Origin: Bacilli bacterium
Lineage (GTDB): Bacteria; Bacillota_I; Bacilli_A; RF39; UBA660
Direction: 5' to 3'
Length of the DNA stretch: 64,000 nucleotides
Assembly: GCA_900768815.1 (NCBI GenBank)
Contig: CAAGEE010000009.1
Location: forward strand, 12,930-76,929
Every line of letters starts with the position of its first letter. Position 1 is the first letter of the stretch. The translations under genes and the position numbers were made by a program. Of this stretch, positions 9,773 through 21,331 are shown one piece after another. Under the pieces are notes generated by a model. It made no database searches and was not told the origin of the DNA. It saw only the letters and a program-made list of their open reading frames with translations.

Positions 9773-10403
9773 AAAGAAGAAATCAAGAATCTCTCCTAGT
9801 GTAACTACTACAATTTGTGCGTTAGTCATACTAATTGGGGGATTCTTTCTTTCTTATAACTATATTCAAGCAAAAAAAATTATGGCCTATGATTATATGG
9901 CCAACGTCTTCTATACAAGTAATACTAATAACATAATAGTAGATGACGGAACTCGTAATAATGAAGAAGAAACAGTAGAAGAAGAAGTAACAGATGAATA
10001 CATTGGTTACTTAAATATACCAAAGATAAATTTAACAAAAGGTTTCTACAGTAAAAATTCTAAAGAAAACGATATAGATAAAAATATTTTAGTAATAAAA
10101 GAATCATCTTATCCAGATGTAGAAAAAGGGAACCTAATAATAGCTGGTCACTCAGGTAATAGTTGGAGAGCCTTCTTCAATGACTTATACAAATTATCAA
10201 AAGGTGACTATGCTTACGTAACATACAAAAATAAAAAATATGCTTATAAGATAGTTAATATCTATAAACAAGATAAAGTTGGTACAATAGGAATCTATCG
10301 TGATTATAATAAAACAACATTGACACTAGTAACTTGTACTAACTATGAATCAACAACACAGACTGTATACATCGCAGAACTTCAAGAAGTAACAAATAAT
10401 TAA
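9759..10403 (+). CDS. sortase (class B/C-like transpeptidase) dedicated to the upstream adhesin
   Basis: N-terminal TM, then …IIAGHSGNSWRAFF… (His) and TLVTCTNY (TLxTC active-site Cys). It overlaps the adhesin's 3' end by 14 nt. Confidence 0.8.
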   Translation: MLKNKKKKSRISPSVTTTICALVILIGGFFLSYNYIQAKKIMAYDYMANVFYTSNTNNIIVDDGTRNNEEETVEEEVTDEYIGYLNIPKINLTKGFYSKNSKENDIDKNILVIKESSYPDVEKGNLIIAGHSGNSWRAFFNDLYKLSKGDYAYVTYKNKKYAYKIVNIYKQDKVGTIGIYRDYNKTTLTLVTCTNYESTTQTVYIAELQEVTNN

Positions 10404-10426
10404 AAAAGTAAAAAGAGGGTGAGGTT

Positions 10427-11293
10427 ATGGCAAGATTGTCATTTGTAGAAAAACTAAGTGTCTTATTTAATTTAACAACATCATCAAAACTATATCTTGT
10501 TATCCTTTTAGCAGTAATTGCGTTAGGACTAATACTTTTAACAAGTAATAGAAAAAGTGCAAAGCCAGTTAAATTTTTCTACGTTTTAATTTATATGATA
10601 CTGATAGGTATAGTACTATATGTATATAAAGATAATCTAAGTAACATGATGGATTATATGATGAATAATTTATTTATAATCATCTATTTTCCAAACTTAG
10701 CAATCTATCTAGCAGCCATACTCATCTCTAATGTAATTTGCTTAGTAACTGTTTTTGGTAAGAAAATGCCTAAGATAATAAAGAAAATAAATATTTTAAT
10801 GTACTGTGTAATTAGTTATATCTTAATCCTAATTTTAAATATAATTAAAGAAAACAATCTAGATGTTTTTAATCAATCATCAGTTTATGGAAATACAACA
10901 GCACAAGCCTTAATCGAATTAACAAGTACTATATTTATAGCTTGGATTTGTTTCCTAATAATTTATAAAATCATCAAACCATACTTCTTTAAAGAAAAGG
11001 TACCTACAAAAGTTATAGTTAAAAAGGTCGTAAAAAAACCAGCAAACTATAAACCAATTGAGGCACCATATCAAGTAAAAGCTGTTAATAATACAATCAA
11101 AGTAGAAAAAGAACCAAAAGAAAAGACTACTAAATATGATGACTTATTAACAATTGATGACTATAAATTATTATTAAATATCTTAAAAGAACAAAAAGAA
11201 AAAGAACGTCAAGAAAAAGAAAGACAAGAAAGAATAGATAAAGAACAAGCAAAATATAGAGAATTACAAGAATTATATAGAAGTGTTCAATAA
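10427..11293 (+). CDS. hypothetical membrane protein (about 6 TM) with a Lys/Glu-rich (KEKE-like) cytoplasmic tail
   Basis: RBS GAGGGTGAGG. Hydrophobic core, with the C-terminal tail KEQKEKERQEKERQERIDKEQAKYRELQELY. Confidence 0.5.
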   Translation: MARLSFVEKLSVLFNLTTSSKLYLVILLAVIALGLILLTSNRKSAKPVKFFYVLIYMILIGIVLYVYKDNLSNMMDYMMNNLFIIIYFPNLAIYLAAILISNVICLVTVFGKKMPKIIKKINILMYCVISYILILILNIIKENNLDVFNQSSVYGNTTAQALIELTSTIFIAWICFLIIYKIIKPYFFKEKVPTKVIVKKVVKKPANYKPIEAPYQVKAVNNTIKVEKEPKEKTTKYDDLLTIDDYKLLLNILKEQKEKERQEKERQERIDKEQAKYRELQELYRSVQ

Positions 11294-11294
11294 C

Positions 11295-11322
11295 AGAAGT
11301 GTTCAATAACACTTCTTTTTCT
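11295..11322 (+). terminator. rho-independent terminator built from a 16-bp tandem duplication of the gene's last codons
   Basis: AGAAGTGTTCAATAAC occurs twice in tandem (11279-11310). The arms AGAAGTG/CACTTCT are followed by TTTTTCTTTG. Confidence 0.55.
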
Positions 11323-11373
11323 TTGCCTAAACCTAAAATATAAGATATAATAAAAAAGGAAGTAGGTAAGAAA

Positions 11374-13476
11374 ATGAATTTAGATAATTTGAATGACAAG
11401 CAAAAAGAAGCCGTACTATATAATGATGGACCACTTCTTATAATAGCAGGTGCTGGTGCTGGTAAGACTAAAACTCTAACAAGTAAAATAGCATACATAA
11501 TAGATGAACATCTAGCAACACCATACAACATTCTAGCAATTACTTTCACCAACAAAGCAGCCAAAGAAATGCGTGACAGATTATACTTACTAATTGGTGA
11601 TGAGGCTAGAAAACTACAAGTATCAACATTCCATAGTTTTGGTTTAAAACTTTTAAGAGAAAACTATGAACTATTAGGGTACGATCGTAACTTTGTTATT
11701 ATGGATAGTGATGATTCTTTAACAGTAGTAAAAAAAATAATAAAAGACTTAGATTATGATCCAAAAGTATATAATCCTAAAGCCATAAGAAATAAAATAA
11801 GTAGTTGTAAAAATGAATTAATATCTGCCAAAGCCTATGAAAAATATGCTGTAAGCGACTACGAACAAGTAATTCAAAAAGTATATGAAAAATATGAGAA
11901 AAAACTACAACAAAATAACTCCGTAGACTTTGATGACTTATTAATTCTTCCTATAAAACTATTTAGAGAACACCAAGATGTTCTAGAAAAGTATCAAAAC
12001 TTATATCAGTATGTTTTAATAGACGAGTACCAAGATACAAATCAAGCCCAATATATTTTAACTAAGATGATTAGTGAGAAAAATAGACGTATAACTTGTG
12101 TTGGAGATGACTCTCAAAGTATTTATAGTTTTAGAGGAGCAAATTATAAAAATATCTTAAACTTTGAAAACGATTATAAAGATGCTAAAACAATTCTTTT
12201 GGAACAAAACTATCGTTCAACAGGTAACATTCTAGATGCAGCCAATCAAGTAATTAAAAATAATAGAGATCGCAAAGATAAAAATCTATGGACTAATAAA
12301 GGACCTGGAGAAAAGATTAAATATTATCGTGCATATAATGAAAGAGACGAGGCACAGTACGTTATTAGAAAAATAAAAGAACTAGTTAATAGAAATGTTG
12401 AATACAAAGATATTGCGGTTCTTTATAGAACTAATGCTCAGTCTCGTGTTGTTGAAGAAGAAATGCTAAAAGAAAATTTACCATATCGTGTAATTGGAAG
12501 TTTCTATTTCTATTCTAGAAAAGAAATAAAAGACTTAATTGCATACTTAAGATTAATTCATAACTCTAAAGATAATGTCAGTTTACTTAGAGTAATAAAC
12601 ACCCCAAAACGTGGAATAGGTCTAAAGACAATTGAAAACTTAACTACAAAAGCTGATATTGAAGGTATAAGTATCTATGATGCGATTGAATCAGGAAAAG
12701 AACTAGAGTTCAAAAAGACAATTGAAAAGTTAAAAAGTGTTGCTGAAGACTTAACTTTAACTGAATTAATTGACAAAGTATTAGATGCTTCTGGTATGAA
12801 AAAAGAATTAGAGAGTGAACAAACTTTAGAAGCAGAAGTAAGACTAGAAAACCTAGAAGAATTCAAGTCAATAACTAAAGCCTTTGAAGAAAAAGAAGGA
12901 CTAATTTCTCTAGAAGACTTCTTATTAGAAATTAGTTTAGTAAGTGACGTTGAAGAATATAAAGACGATCCAAATCGCATAAGTCTAATGACCGTTCACT
13001 CTGTAAAAGGACTAGAGTTTGATCATGTCTTTGTAATTGGTATGGAAGAAGGATTATTCCCACACATGAATTCTCTTATGGAAAATGTTGCTTTAGAAGA
13101 GGAAAGACGTCTTTGTTATGTTGCTATTACAAGAGCAAGAGACGACCTACATTTAGTAAATGCTCGTCGTAGAACTTTATTCGGAAAAGAACAAGTTAAT
13201 CCTGTAAGTCGTTTCATAAGTGAAATTAATCCAGATTTACTAGAGACAAATGTTAAGGATGAAATGCCTAAAAGAGAAGAAAAAATTGATACAAAAGAAA
13301 TGTTTAGAGAAGAGGATGTTGACTATAAAGTTGGTGACTTTGTTTATCACGAAACATTTGGTACTGGTAAAGTTGTCGAAGTTACTAATACTCTTGTTAG
13401 TGTTGCCTTTAAGCATCCACACGGTATAAAAAAGTTAATGAAAAATCATAAAAAATTATCAAAAATTAACAATTAA
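11374..13476 (+). CDS. pcrA: ATP-dependent DNA helicase PcrA (UvrD/Rep superfamily 1)
   Basis: Walker A AGAGAGKTKTLT, the DEYQDTN motif, VHSVKGLEFDHVFV and the C-terminal Tudor-like tail are present. It lies in the conserved pcrA-ligA synteny. Confidence 0.95.
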   Translation: MNLDNLNDKQKEAVLYNDGPLLIIAGAGAGKTKTLTSKIAYIIDEHLATPYNILAITFTNKAAKEMRDRLYLLIGDEARKLQVSTFHSFGLKLLRENYELLGYDRNFVIMDSDDSLTVVKKIIKDLDYDPKVYNPKAIRNKISSCKNELISAKAYEKYAVSDYEQVIQKVYEKYEKKLQQNNSVDFDDLLILPIKLFREHQDVLEKYQNLYQYVLIDEYQDTNQAQYILTKMISEKNRRITCVGDDSQSIYSFRGANYKNILNFENDYKDAKTILLEQNYRSTGNILDAANQVIKNNRDRKDKNLWTNKGPGEKIKYYRAYNERDEAQYVIRKIKELVNRNVEYKDIAVLYRTNAQSRVVEEEMLKENLPYRVIGSFYFYSRKEIKDLIAYLRLIHNSKDNVSLLRVINTPKRGIGLKTIENLTTKADIEGISIYDAIESGKELEFKKTIEKLKSVAEDLTLTELIDKVLDASGMKKELESEQTLEAEVRLENLEEFKSITKAFEEKEGLISLEDFLLEISLVSDVEEYKDDPNRISLMTVHSVKGLEFDHVFVIGMEEGLFPHMNSLMENVALEEERRLCYVAITRARDDLHLVNARRRTLFGKEQVNPVSRFISEINPDLLETNVKDEMPKREEKIDTKEMFREEDVDYKVGDFVYHETFGTGKVVEVTNTLVSVAFKHPHGIKKLMKNHKKLSKINN

Positions 13477-13513
13477 TAATTAATAATTAATAATAGATTT
13501 TTAGGAGGTTAAA

Positions 13514-14428
13514 ATGAAAGATAAAACATTATTAATTTTGGCTGCTGGTATGGGTAGTCGGTTTGGAGGACTAAAACAAATTGCTCCACTAGGACCAAAT
13601 GGTGAATTCATTATTGATTACTCAGTATATGATGCCATCAAAGCCGGTTTCAACAAAATAGTTTTTTTAATCAAAGAAGAAAACTATGATGTGTTTAAAG
13701 AAACTATTGGAAAAAGAGTGGAACCATACATCAATGTTGAATACTGTTTCCAAAAGAATGACAACATTCCAGAAGGATACTCAGTTCCAGAGAATCGAGT
13801 AAAACCTTTAGGAACAGCTCATGCTATACTTTGCTGCAAAGACAAAATAAATGAACCATTCGCAATAATTAATGCTGATGATTTCTATGGAAGAGATGCT
13901 TATTTAAAAGCAGCCAACTTCCTAGAAAGTATGAATGATGAAAGACCTTACAAATATGGATTAGTAAGTTATCTTGTAAAAAACACACTAACTGAAAATG
14001 GTTCTGTAAAAAGAGGCGTTTGTGAAGTAACAGATGGCAAACTAACAAAAATAACAGAAAGTGTTATCGAAAGAGTAGACGATAAACTAATCGCCTCACC
14101 ATTGAGCGGTAAAGAACCATTCGAAGTATCACCGACCGATAAAGTATCTATGAACTTAATGCTTTTCTCACCAAGTCTATTCTCATATATTGAAGAAAAG
14201 TTTCCAGAGTTCTTTGATGAAAATAAAGATAATTTAGAAAAATGTGAATATTTAATACCAGACGTTTTATTTGAAACAATAGAAGAAGGTTATGCCACTG
14301 TAGAAGTTTTAGAAACAACTGCTGCTTGGTACGGAGTAACTTATAAAGAAGATGCCGATGCAGTTAAGAAAGCTCTAAAAGATTTAGTAGATAGTGGAGA
14401 ATATCCAAATAATCTTTGGGAAGAATAA
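13514..14428 (+). CDS. nucleotidyltransferase-fold protein (sugar-phosphate NTP-transferase-like)
   Basis: N-terminal LILAAGMGSRFGGLKQ is the G-rich NTP-transferase loop. 304 aa. RBS AGGAGG. Confidence 0.55.
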   Translation: MKDKTLLILAAGMGSRFGGLKQIAPLGPNGEFIIDYSVYDAIKAGFNKIVFLIKEENYDVFKETIGKRVEPYINVEYCFQKNDNIPEGYSVPENRVKPLGTAHAILCCKDKINEPFAIINADDFYGRDAYLKAANFLESMNDERPYKYGLVSYLVKNTLTENGSVKRGVCEVTDGKLTKITESVIERVDDKLIASPLSGKEPFEVSPTDKVSMNLMLFSPSLFSYIEEKFPEFFDENKDNLEKCEYLIPDVLFETIEEGYATVEVLETTAAWYGVTYKEDADAVKKALKDLVDSGEYPNNLWEE

Positions 14429-14523
14429 TATAAAACATAAAAAAATAAAGAGACAAACTACCAAAATAGTTTGTTTTCTTTTCAAAAAACAACTTCAATA
14501 TATGATATAATAAATATAGTTAA

Positions 14524-16527
<2,004 letters not shown>

Positions 16528-16552
16528 ACTTATAATCAAAATATATTAAACA

Positions 16553-16585
16553 AAGCTGGACTTAAAAAGTTCCAGCTTTATTTTA
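16553..16585 (+). terminator. rho-independent terminator after ligA
   Basis: AGCTGGAC…GTTCCAGCT hairpin plus TTATTTT. Confidence 0.55.
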
Positions 16586-16620
16586 AGATAAAAAATCACT
16601 AGTTTACCACTATAAAAAAT

Positions 16621-16649
16621 TGACTATTTAACAAAAAAATGATATTATA
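16621..16649 (+). promoter_or_regulatory. sigma-A-type promoter (TTGACT, 17 nt, TATTAT)
   Basis: Near-consensus -35 and -10 elements with 17-nt spacing, 28 nt upstream of the 16677 start. Confidence 0.5.
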
Positions 16650-16676
16650 TATCAACAAAACTGAGGAGATGGTTAC

Positions 16677-17498
16677 ATGCTAAAAAGAGGTAAAAAGGGC
16701 ATTAAAGCAATAAAAGCCGATGAATATCATGAAAACGAACAATTAAAAGATTTAGAGGAAATAACCTATGAAGATTATGATGAGTCTATGGACTTAGATA
16801 GCATCGATGAATACGAAATAATCGAAGATGATGACAGTTCATATGATGAGTATTCATATGACAATAACACTAATAATGACAATTTAGATGGCTATGAATC
16901 AACTAACAAAAAAAATCATAAGTATCAAAAAACTAAACTAACTAAATTTTTAAATATCATTTTCTATACACTTATAATCGTAATGATTATGGTAACAATA
17001 GATATAATATCAGTTTCAAGATATAATCGTGGTCCATACTTTGCTATAAAAACAGCTGCTTTAAAAGATGGTGGTACCAAAGTATATTATGGACTTGGCT
17101 ACAAAGTAATAAAATATAACCAACTACAGGGAAGAAGAGACACCGAAATTGGTACTTGGTTAATGCCATATAATGTTGAACCAACAGAAATATCTGCACT
17201 AGACTTAGCCATTGAATATAAAAATAATCCCGTAGCAACTTATGAAAAATTCAATAAAAAGTTCTTACGTATAACAGGAGACTTTATAAGCTACGACAAA
17301 AATAAATTAACATTTGGTTATACTGATCCAGATGGTGCCTATACACTAAATATTGTTTGTAAAATGTCAAAAGACTCAGAGAAAAAAGAATTTTCTCAAG
17401 AACAAAAGGTAACCATAATTGGTACAGTAAGTAACTATAAGCAAAGTGCTGAAAAAAGTCCTAACACATTATATATAAATGACTGTTTTGCAGAATAA
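16677..17498 (+). CDS. hypothetical membrane protein: acidic D/E/Y-rich N-terminus, one TM, and a ~150-aa extracytoplasmic domain
   Basis: RBS GAGGAG. TM segment LNIIFYTLIIVMIMVTIDII. No recognisable catalytic motif. Confidence 0.5.
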   Translation: MLKRGKKGIKAIKADEYHENEQLKDLEEITYEDYDESMDLDSIDEYEIIEDDDSSYDEYSYDNNTNNDNLDGYESTNKKNHKYQKTKLTKFLNIIFYTLIIVMIMVTIDIISVSRYNRGPYFAIKTAALKDGGTKVYYGLGYKVIKYNQLQGRRDTEIGTWLMPYNVEPTEISALDLAIEYKNNPVATYEKFNKKFLRITGDFISYDKNKLTFGYTDPDGAYTLNIVCKMSKDSEKKEFSQEQKVTIIGTVSNYKQSAEKSPNTLYINDCFAE

Positions 17499-17499
17499 T

Positions 17500-17530
17500 A
17501 CAAGTGCTCAAGGAGCATTTGTTTTTCTTA
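17500..17530 (+). terminator. rho-independent terminator
   Basis: CAAGTGCTC-aag-GAGCATTTG hairpin followed by TTTTTCTT. Confidence 0.5.
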
Positions 17531-17542
17531 ATTACTAAAAAT

Positions 17543-17570
17543 TTACATCTTAAAATATCCATGATATAAT
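17543..17570 (+). promoter_or_regulatory. sigma-A-type promoter for gatCAB (TTACAT, 16 nt, TATAAT)
   Basis: Consensus -10 element and a reasonable -35, 27 nt upstream of gatC. Confidence 0.45.
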
Positions 17571-17596
17571 AATAAAGTTAAAGGAGGTCTTTCTGT

Positions 17597-17911
17597 ATGG
17601 AAGATAAGTTATCAAGAGAAGAAGTTTTGCATGTTGCCCATTTAGCCAGAATTGAAATAGATGAAGAAGAAATAGCCATGTATCAAGTAAAATTAAAAAA
17701 ACTTTTAAATGAAATAGAAAAAATAAATGAAGTAAAAGTATACGACGAAGATATGTTAATTTGTCCAACTGAAAATAAATGTGTTTTACGTGATGATGTA
17801 GCTGGAGAAATACTAAATCCTAAAGAGGTTCTAAAAAATGCTCCTCGTCATAGTGGAAATTATATTTCTGTTCCAGTAGTAATAAGTGAAAAGGGTGGTA
17901 TGAGTGCATAA
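17597..17911 (+). CDS. gatC: Asp-tRNA(Asn)/Glu-tRNA(Gln) amidotransferase subunit C
   Basis: ~100-aa protein at the head of gatCAB. RBS AGGAGG. It overlaps the gatA start. Confidence 0.85.
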   Translation: MEDKLSREEVLHVAHLARIEIDEEEIAMYQVKLKKLLNEIEKINEVKVYDEDMLICPTENKCVLRDDVAGEILNPKEVLKNAPRHSGNYISVPVVISEKGGMSA

Positions 17912-19361
17912 TTATTTAGATTTATCATTAATTGAAATTAATAAATTATTAAAAGAAAAAAAAATAACACCTAAAGTCTTAGTAGAAGAAGCTTTTGAAA
18001 GAATTGAAAATAATAAAGATTTAAACTGCTTTATTACCCTAAATAAAGAAGAAGCCTTAAAACAGGCTGAAGAATTAAAAGGTAAAGAAGTAGATTCTCT
18101 AACATTTGGTATTCCAATAGCTCTAAAAGATAATATTTTAACTAAAGGACTACGTACAACTGCTGCTTCTAAAATTCTAGAAAACTTTGACCCAATCTAT
18201 GATGCCGATGTTGTCGAAAGAATAAAAGCTGCTAATATGATTATTATTGGTAAGACTAACATGGATGAGTTTGCTATGGGTTCATCTAATAGAACATCAT
18301 TCTTTGGACCAGTAAAAAATCCATGGAACAAAACAAGAGTACCAGGAGGATCATCAGGAGGAAGTGCTGCTGCTGTAAGTAAGCGAATTATACCTTTTGC
18401 TCTAGGAACAGACACAGGAGGATCAATTAGACAACCAGCCTCTTTCTGTGGCATAGTAGGTCTAAAGCCAACATATGGACGTGTATCACGTTATGGACTA
18501 ATTGCTTTTGGTTCAAGTCTCGACCAAATCGGTCCTATGACTAAAAATGTTTATGAAAATGCTGTACTTTTAAACACAATCTGTGGAAAAAGTGAAAAAG
18601 ACTTAACATCTGTTGAAACTAATGAAGACTTTACAAGACTAATCGGGGAAAAAATAGATGGCATGAAAATAGCCATTCCAAACTTTTATGTAAGTGATGC
18701 TATTGATCAGGAAATAAAAGATAAACTAAATGTAGTAATCGAAATACTAAAAAAACATAATTGTACAATTGACTATGTTGATATAAATTATATTGATAAA
18801 TCCATTCCCCTATATCAAATTATTGCAATGGGTGAAGCTAGTTCTAACTTAGCCAGATTTGATGGTATTCGTTATGGTTACAGTTATGAAAATCCAAAAG
18901 ATATAGAAGACTTGTATTTAAAAACTAGAAAAATCGGTTTTGGTGAAGAAGTAAAAAGACGTATCATGATTGGTAGTTATTTATTATCTGGTAAGAATGC
19001 TAAATTATATTACAATAAAGCTCTAGAAATAAGAGATGATATGCGTAAGAGTTTCTTAGAAACATTTAAAAATTATGACTTAGTTATTGGACCAAATAAC
19101 ACAACTGTTGCTTATGAACTAGATAAAGGTCTAGATGATGCTATAAAATCATTCATGGATGACGTTTTAACTATTCCGGTAAATATGGCAGGTCTTCCAG
19201 GTATGAGTATTCCAATAGGTTTTAATAGTGAAAAATTACCAATAGGCATGCAAATAATTGGTGCTCCATTTGAAGAGGCAAAGATGTACCAACTAGCGAG
19301 TTTCGTAGAAAAAGAACTAAACTTAGACTTAAATCCTAATGGAGGTGAAAAACATGACTAA
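17904..19361 (+). CDS. gatA: Glu-tRNA(Gln) amidotransferase subunit A (amidase signature family)
   Basis: Amidase signature GGSSGGSAAAV and the Ser-cisSer-Lys region. Confidence 0.95.
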   Translation: MHNYLDLSLIEINKLLKEKKITPKVLVEEAFERIENNKDLNCFITLNKEEALKQAEELKGKEVDSLTFGIPIALKDNILTKGLRTTAASKILENFDPIYDADVVERIKAANMIIIGKTNMDEFAMGSSNRTSFFGPVKNPWNKTRVPGGSSGGSAAAVSKRIIPFALGTDTGGSIRQPASFCGIVGLKPTYGRVSRYGLIAFGSSLDQIGPMTKNVYENAVLLNTICGKSEKDLTSVETNEDFTRLIGEKIDGMKIAIPNFYVSDAIDQEIKDKLNVVIEILKKHNCTIDYVDINYIDKSIPLYQIIAMGEASSNLARFDGIRYGYSYENPKDIEDLYLKTRKIGFGEEVKRRIMIGSYLLSGKNAKLYYNKALEIRDDMRKSFLETFKNYDLVIGPNNTTVAYELDKGLDDAIKSFMDDVLTIPVNMAGLPGMSIPIGFNSEKLPIGMQIIGAPFEEAKMYQLASFVEKELNLDLNPNGGEKHD

Positions 19362-20775
19362 TTACATTCCAACAATTGGTATCGAAGTCCATGTAGAATT
19401 AAAGACTAATACCAAAATATTTTCAAACTCCATAAACGGATATGGTCAAATGGCTAATTCTTTGACTAATGTAGTTGACTTAGGTTATCCAGGTACACTA
19501 CCAACAGTAAATAAAGAAGTAATAAATCTAGCTATCAAAGCAGCTTGCGTCTTAAACTGTAAAATAAGAAAAGAAATGCACTTTGACAGAAAAAATTACT
19601 TCTATCCAGATAATCCCAAAAACTTCCAGATTACTCAAGCTAGAACTCCAATAGGTTATGATGGCTACGTAGAAATAGAAGTTGACGGTACAAAAAAGAA
19701 AGTTGAAATAGAAGAAATGCACATTGAAGAGGATACTTGTAAGAGTACCCATCGTGGAGATAAAACACTTCTAGACTTCAATAGAGCTGGAGTTCCCCTA
19801 ATCGAAATAGTAACTAAACCATGTATCAGTAGTAGTACTGAAGCCAAACTATATCTAGAAAAACTAAAAGAACTACTATTCTATACTGATATAAGTGATT
19901 GTAAAATGGAAGAAGGTTCAATGCGTTGTGAAGCCAATGTTTCAATTAGAAAAAATGAAACAGATCCATTAGGAACTAAATGTGAAATCAAAAATATTGG
20001 TTCAATTTCTAATGTTGGTATAAGTATTGAAAAAGAAATCATCCGTCAAACTGAACTACTAGAAAAAGGTGAAGAATTTAAAGAACAAACTAGACGTTAT
20101 GATGATAAACTTGGTGATACAGTTTTAATGCGTATTAAGGAAACTGGTAATGACTATCGTTATTTCCCAGAACCAGACATTCCATACTTATATTTAACAG
20201 ATGCAATGATTGAAGAGGTAAGAAACACTATCGAAATGTTACCTGATGAAAGAAGAAATCTTTACATGGAAAAGAACGTTTCTGAAATTAATGCAAAAAA
20301 ATTAGTTCAAAACAAGTCATTAAGTGACTATTTTAATACTCTATTAACTGAAGATATAGATTTTAAAATCGCTAGTAACTTACTTTTAGGTGATATTTCC
20401 GCTTACTTAAATAAGAATGAAAAAGAAATTACAGATACCACTCTAACTAAAGAACGTATGGTAGAGTTAGTAAATAAAATATCTGATAATACCCTAACTA
20501 GTAAAAACTTAAAAGATATTTTAGACAAAGTTCTAGAAGAAGATAAATCAATCTCTGAAATTATTAAAGAATCAGGTATTGAAAATATAACAGATGATAC
20601 TGCTCTAAGAGAAATAATTAAAAAGATTGTTTCTGAAAATAGTGAAAGTGTTACTGACTACAAAAATGGTCATGACCGTGCCATTAAATTCTTAATGGGT
20701 CAAGTAATGAAAGAAACAAAGGGTAGTGCAAATCCTAAATTAGCCATGAATATACTTATAGAAGAATTACAATAA
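19354..20775 (+). CDS. gatB: Asp-tRNA(Asn)/Glu-tRNA(Gln) amidotransferase subunit B
   Basis: N-terminal …YIPTIGIEVHVELKT… and the C-terminal GatB/YqeY domain. I chose the start at 19354 (GGAGGTG RBS, 7-nt spacer) rather than the ORF-track 19339. Confidence 0.93.
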   Translation: MTNYIPTIGIEVHVELKTNTKIFSNSINGYGQMANSLTNVVDLGYPGTLPTVNKEVINLAIKAACVLNCKIRKEMHFDRKNYFYPDNPKNFQITQARTPIGYDGYVEIEVDGTKKKVEIEEMHIEEDTCKSTHRGDKTLLDFNRAGVPLIEIVTKPCISSSTEAKLYLEKLKELLFYTDISDCKMEEGSMRCEANVSIRKNETDPLGTKCEIKNIGSISNVGISIEKEIIRQTELLEKGEEFKEQTRRYDDKLGDTVLMRIKETGNDYRYFPEPDIPYLYLTDAMIEEVRNTIEMLPDERRNLYMEKNVSEINAKKLVQNKSLSDYFNTLLTEDIDFKIASNLLLGDISAYLNKNEKEITDTTLTKERMVELVNKISDNTLTSKNLKDILDKVLEEDKSISEIIKESGIENITDDTALREIIKKIVSENSESVTDYKNGHDRAIKFLMGQVMKETKGSANPKLAMNILIEELQ

Positions 20776-20866
20776 TTATTAAGTAAAAGTCAAAGTACTC
20801 AAAACAATTTGCTAATTGAAAAAGGTACATATATGATGTATAATTAAAATACTAGGATGTGATGAT

Positions 20867-21331
20867 ATGAAATATATTGAAAAAAATAAAAAAACATTTA
20901 TGGCAATAGGAATTTTCCTATTATTTGTAATATTATTAATTCCAGTAAAAAATGCTTTATTTCCAAATACGGGTAAAGCAATCTATGGAGATCGTCTAGA
21001 TGGTATTGATAAAGTAAAAATATCTAATAAAACACTAGCGAGTATTGAAGATAAATTAAAAGAGGATTCTGTAACTAAAGTATCTTCTCGTGTTTCTGGA
21101 AGAACGGTTGAGATAATACTTACTGTTTCATCAGATGTTTCTCTAGAAGTTGCTAAAGGCTATGGAGAGAAAGCTTTAGAAGTATTTAATTCCGCTGAAA
21201 AGAAATACTATGATTTCCAAGTATTTGTAACTAAAGATTCAGAATCAGAAGAATTTCCAATTATTGGATACCGCCATCATGGAAAGAATAAACTCACATG
21301 GACAAAAGATAGAACAGGAAGTGTCGAATGA
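20867..21331 (+). CDS. hypothetical membrane-anchored protein, translationally coupled (ATGA overlap) to the downstream GGDEF protein
   Basis: N-terminal TM FMAIGIFLLFVILLIPV. Stop/start overlap at 21328-21331. Confidence 0.45.
   Translation: MKYIEKNKKTFMAIGIFLLFVILLIPVKNALFPNTGKAIYGDRLDGIDKVKISNKTLASIEDKLKEDSVTKVSSRVSGRTVEIILTVSSDVSLEVAKGYGEKALEVFNSAEKKYYDFQVFVTKDSESEEFPIIGYRHHGKNKLTWTKDRTGSVE

Noticed and set aside
11130-11564. 144-aa - strand ORF spanning the membrane-protein 3' end, the terminator and the pcrA start
   Set aside because: It crosses a rho-independent terminator and two well-supported + strand genes; spurious.
13477-13500. (TAATAAT)x3 tandem heptamer right after the pcrA stop
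   Set aside because: A short AT-only low-complexity run in an intergenic spacer; no hairpin and no coding potential; likely insignificant.
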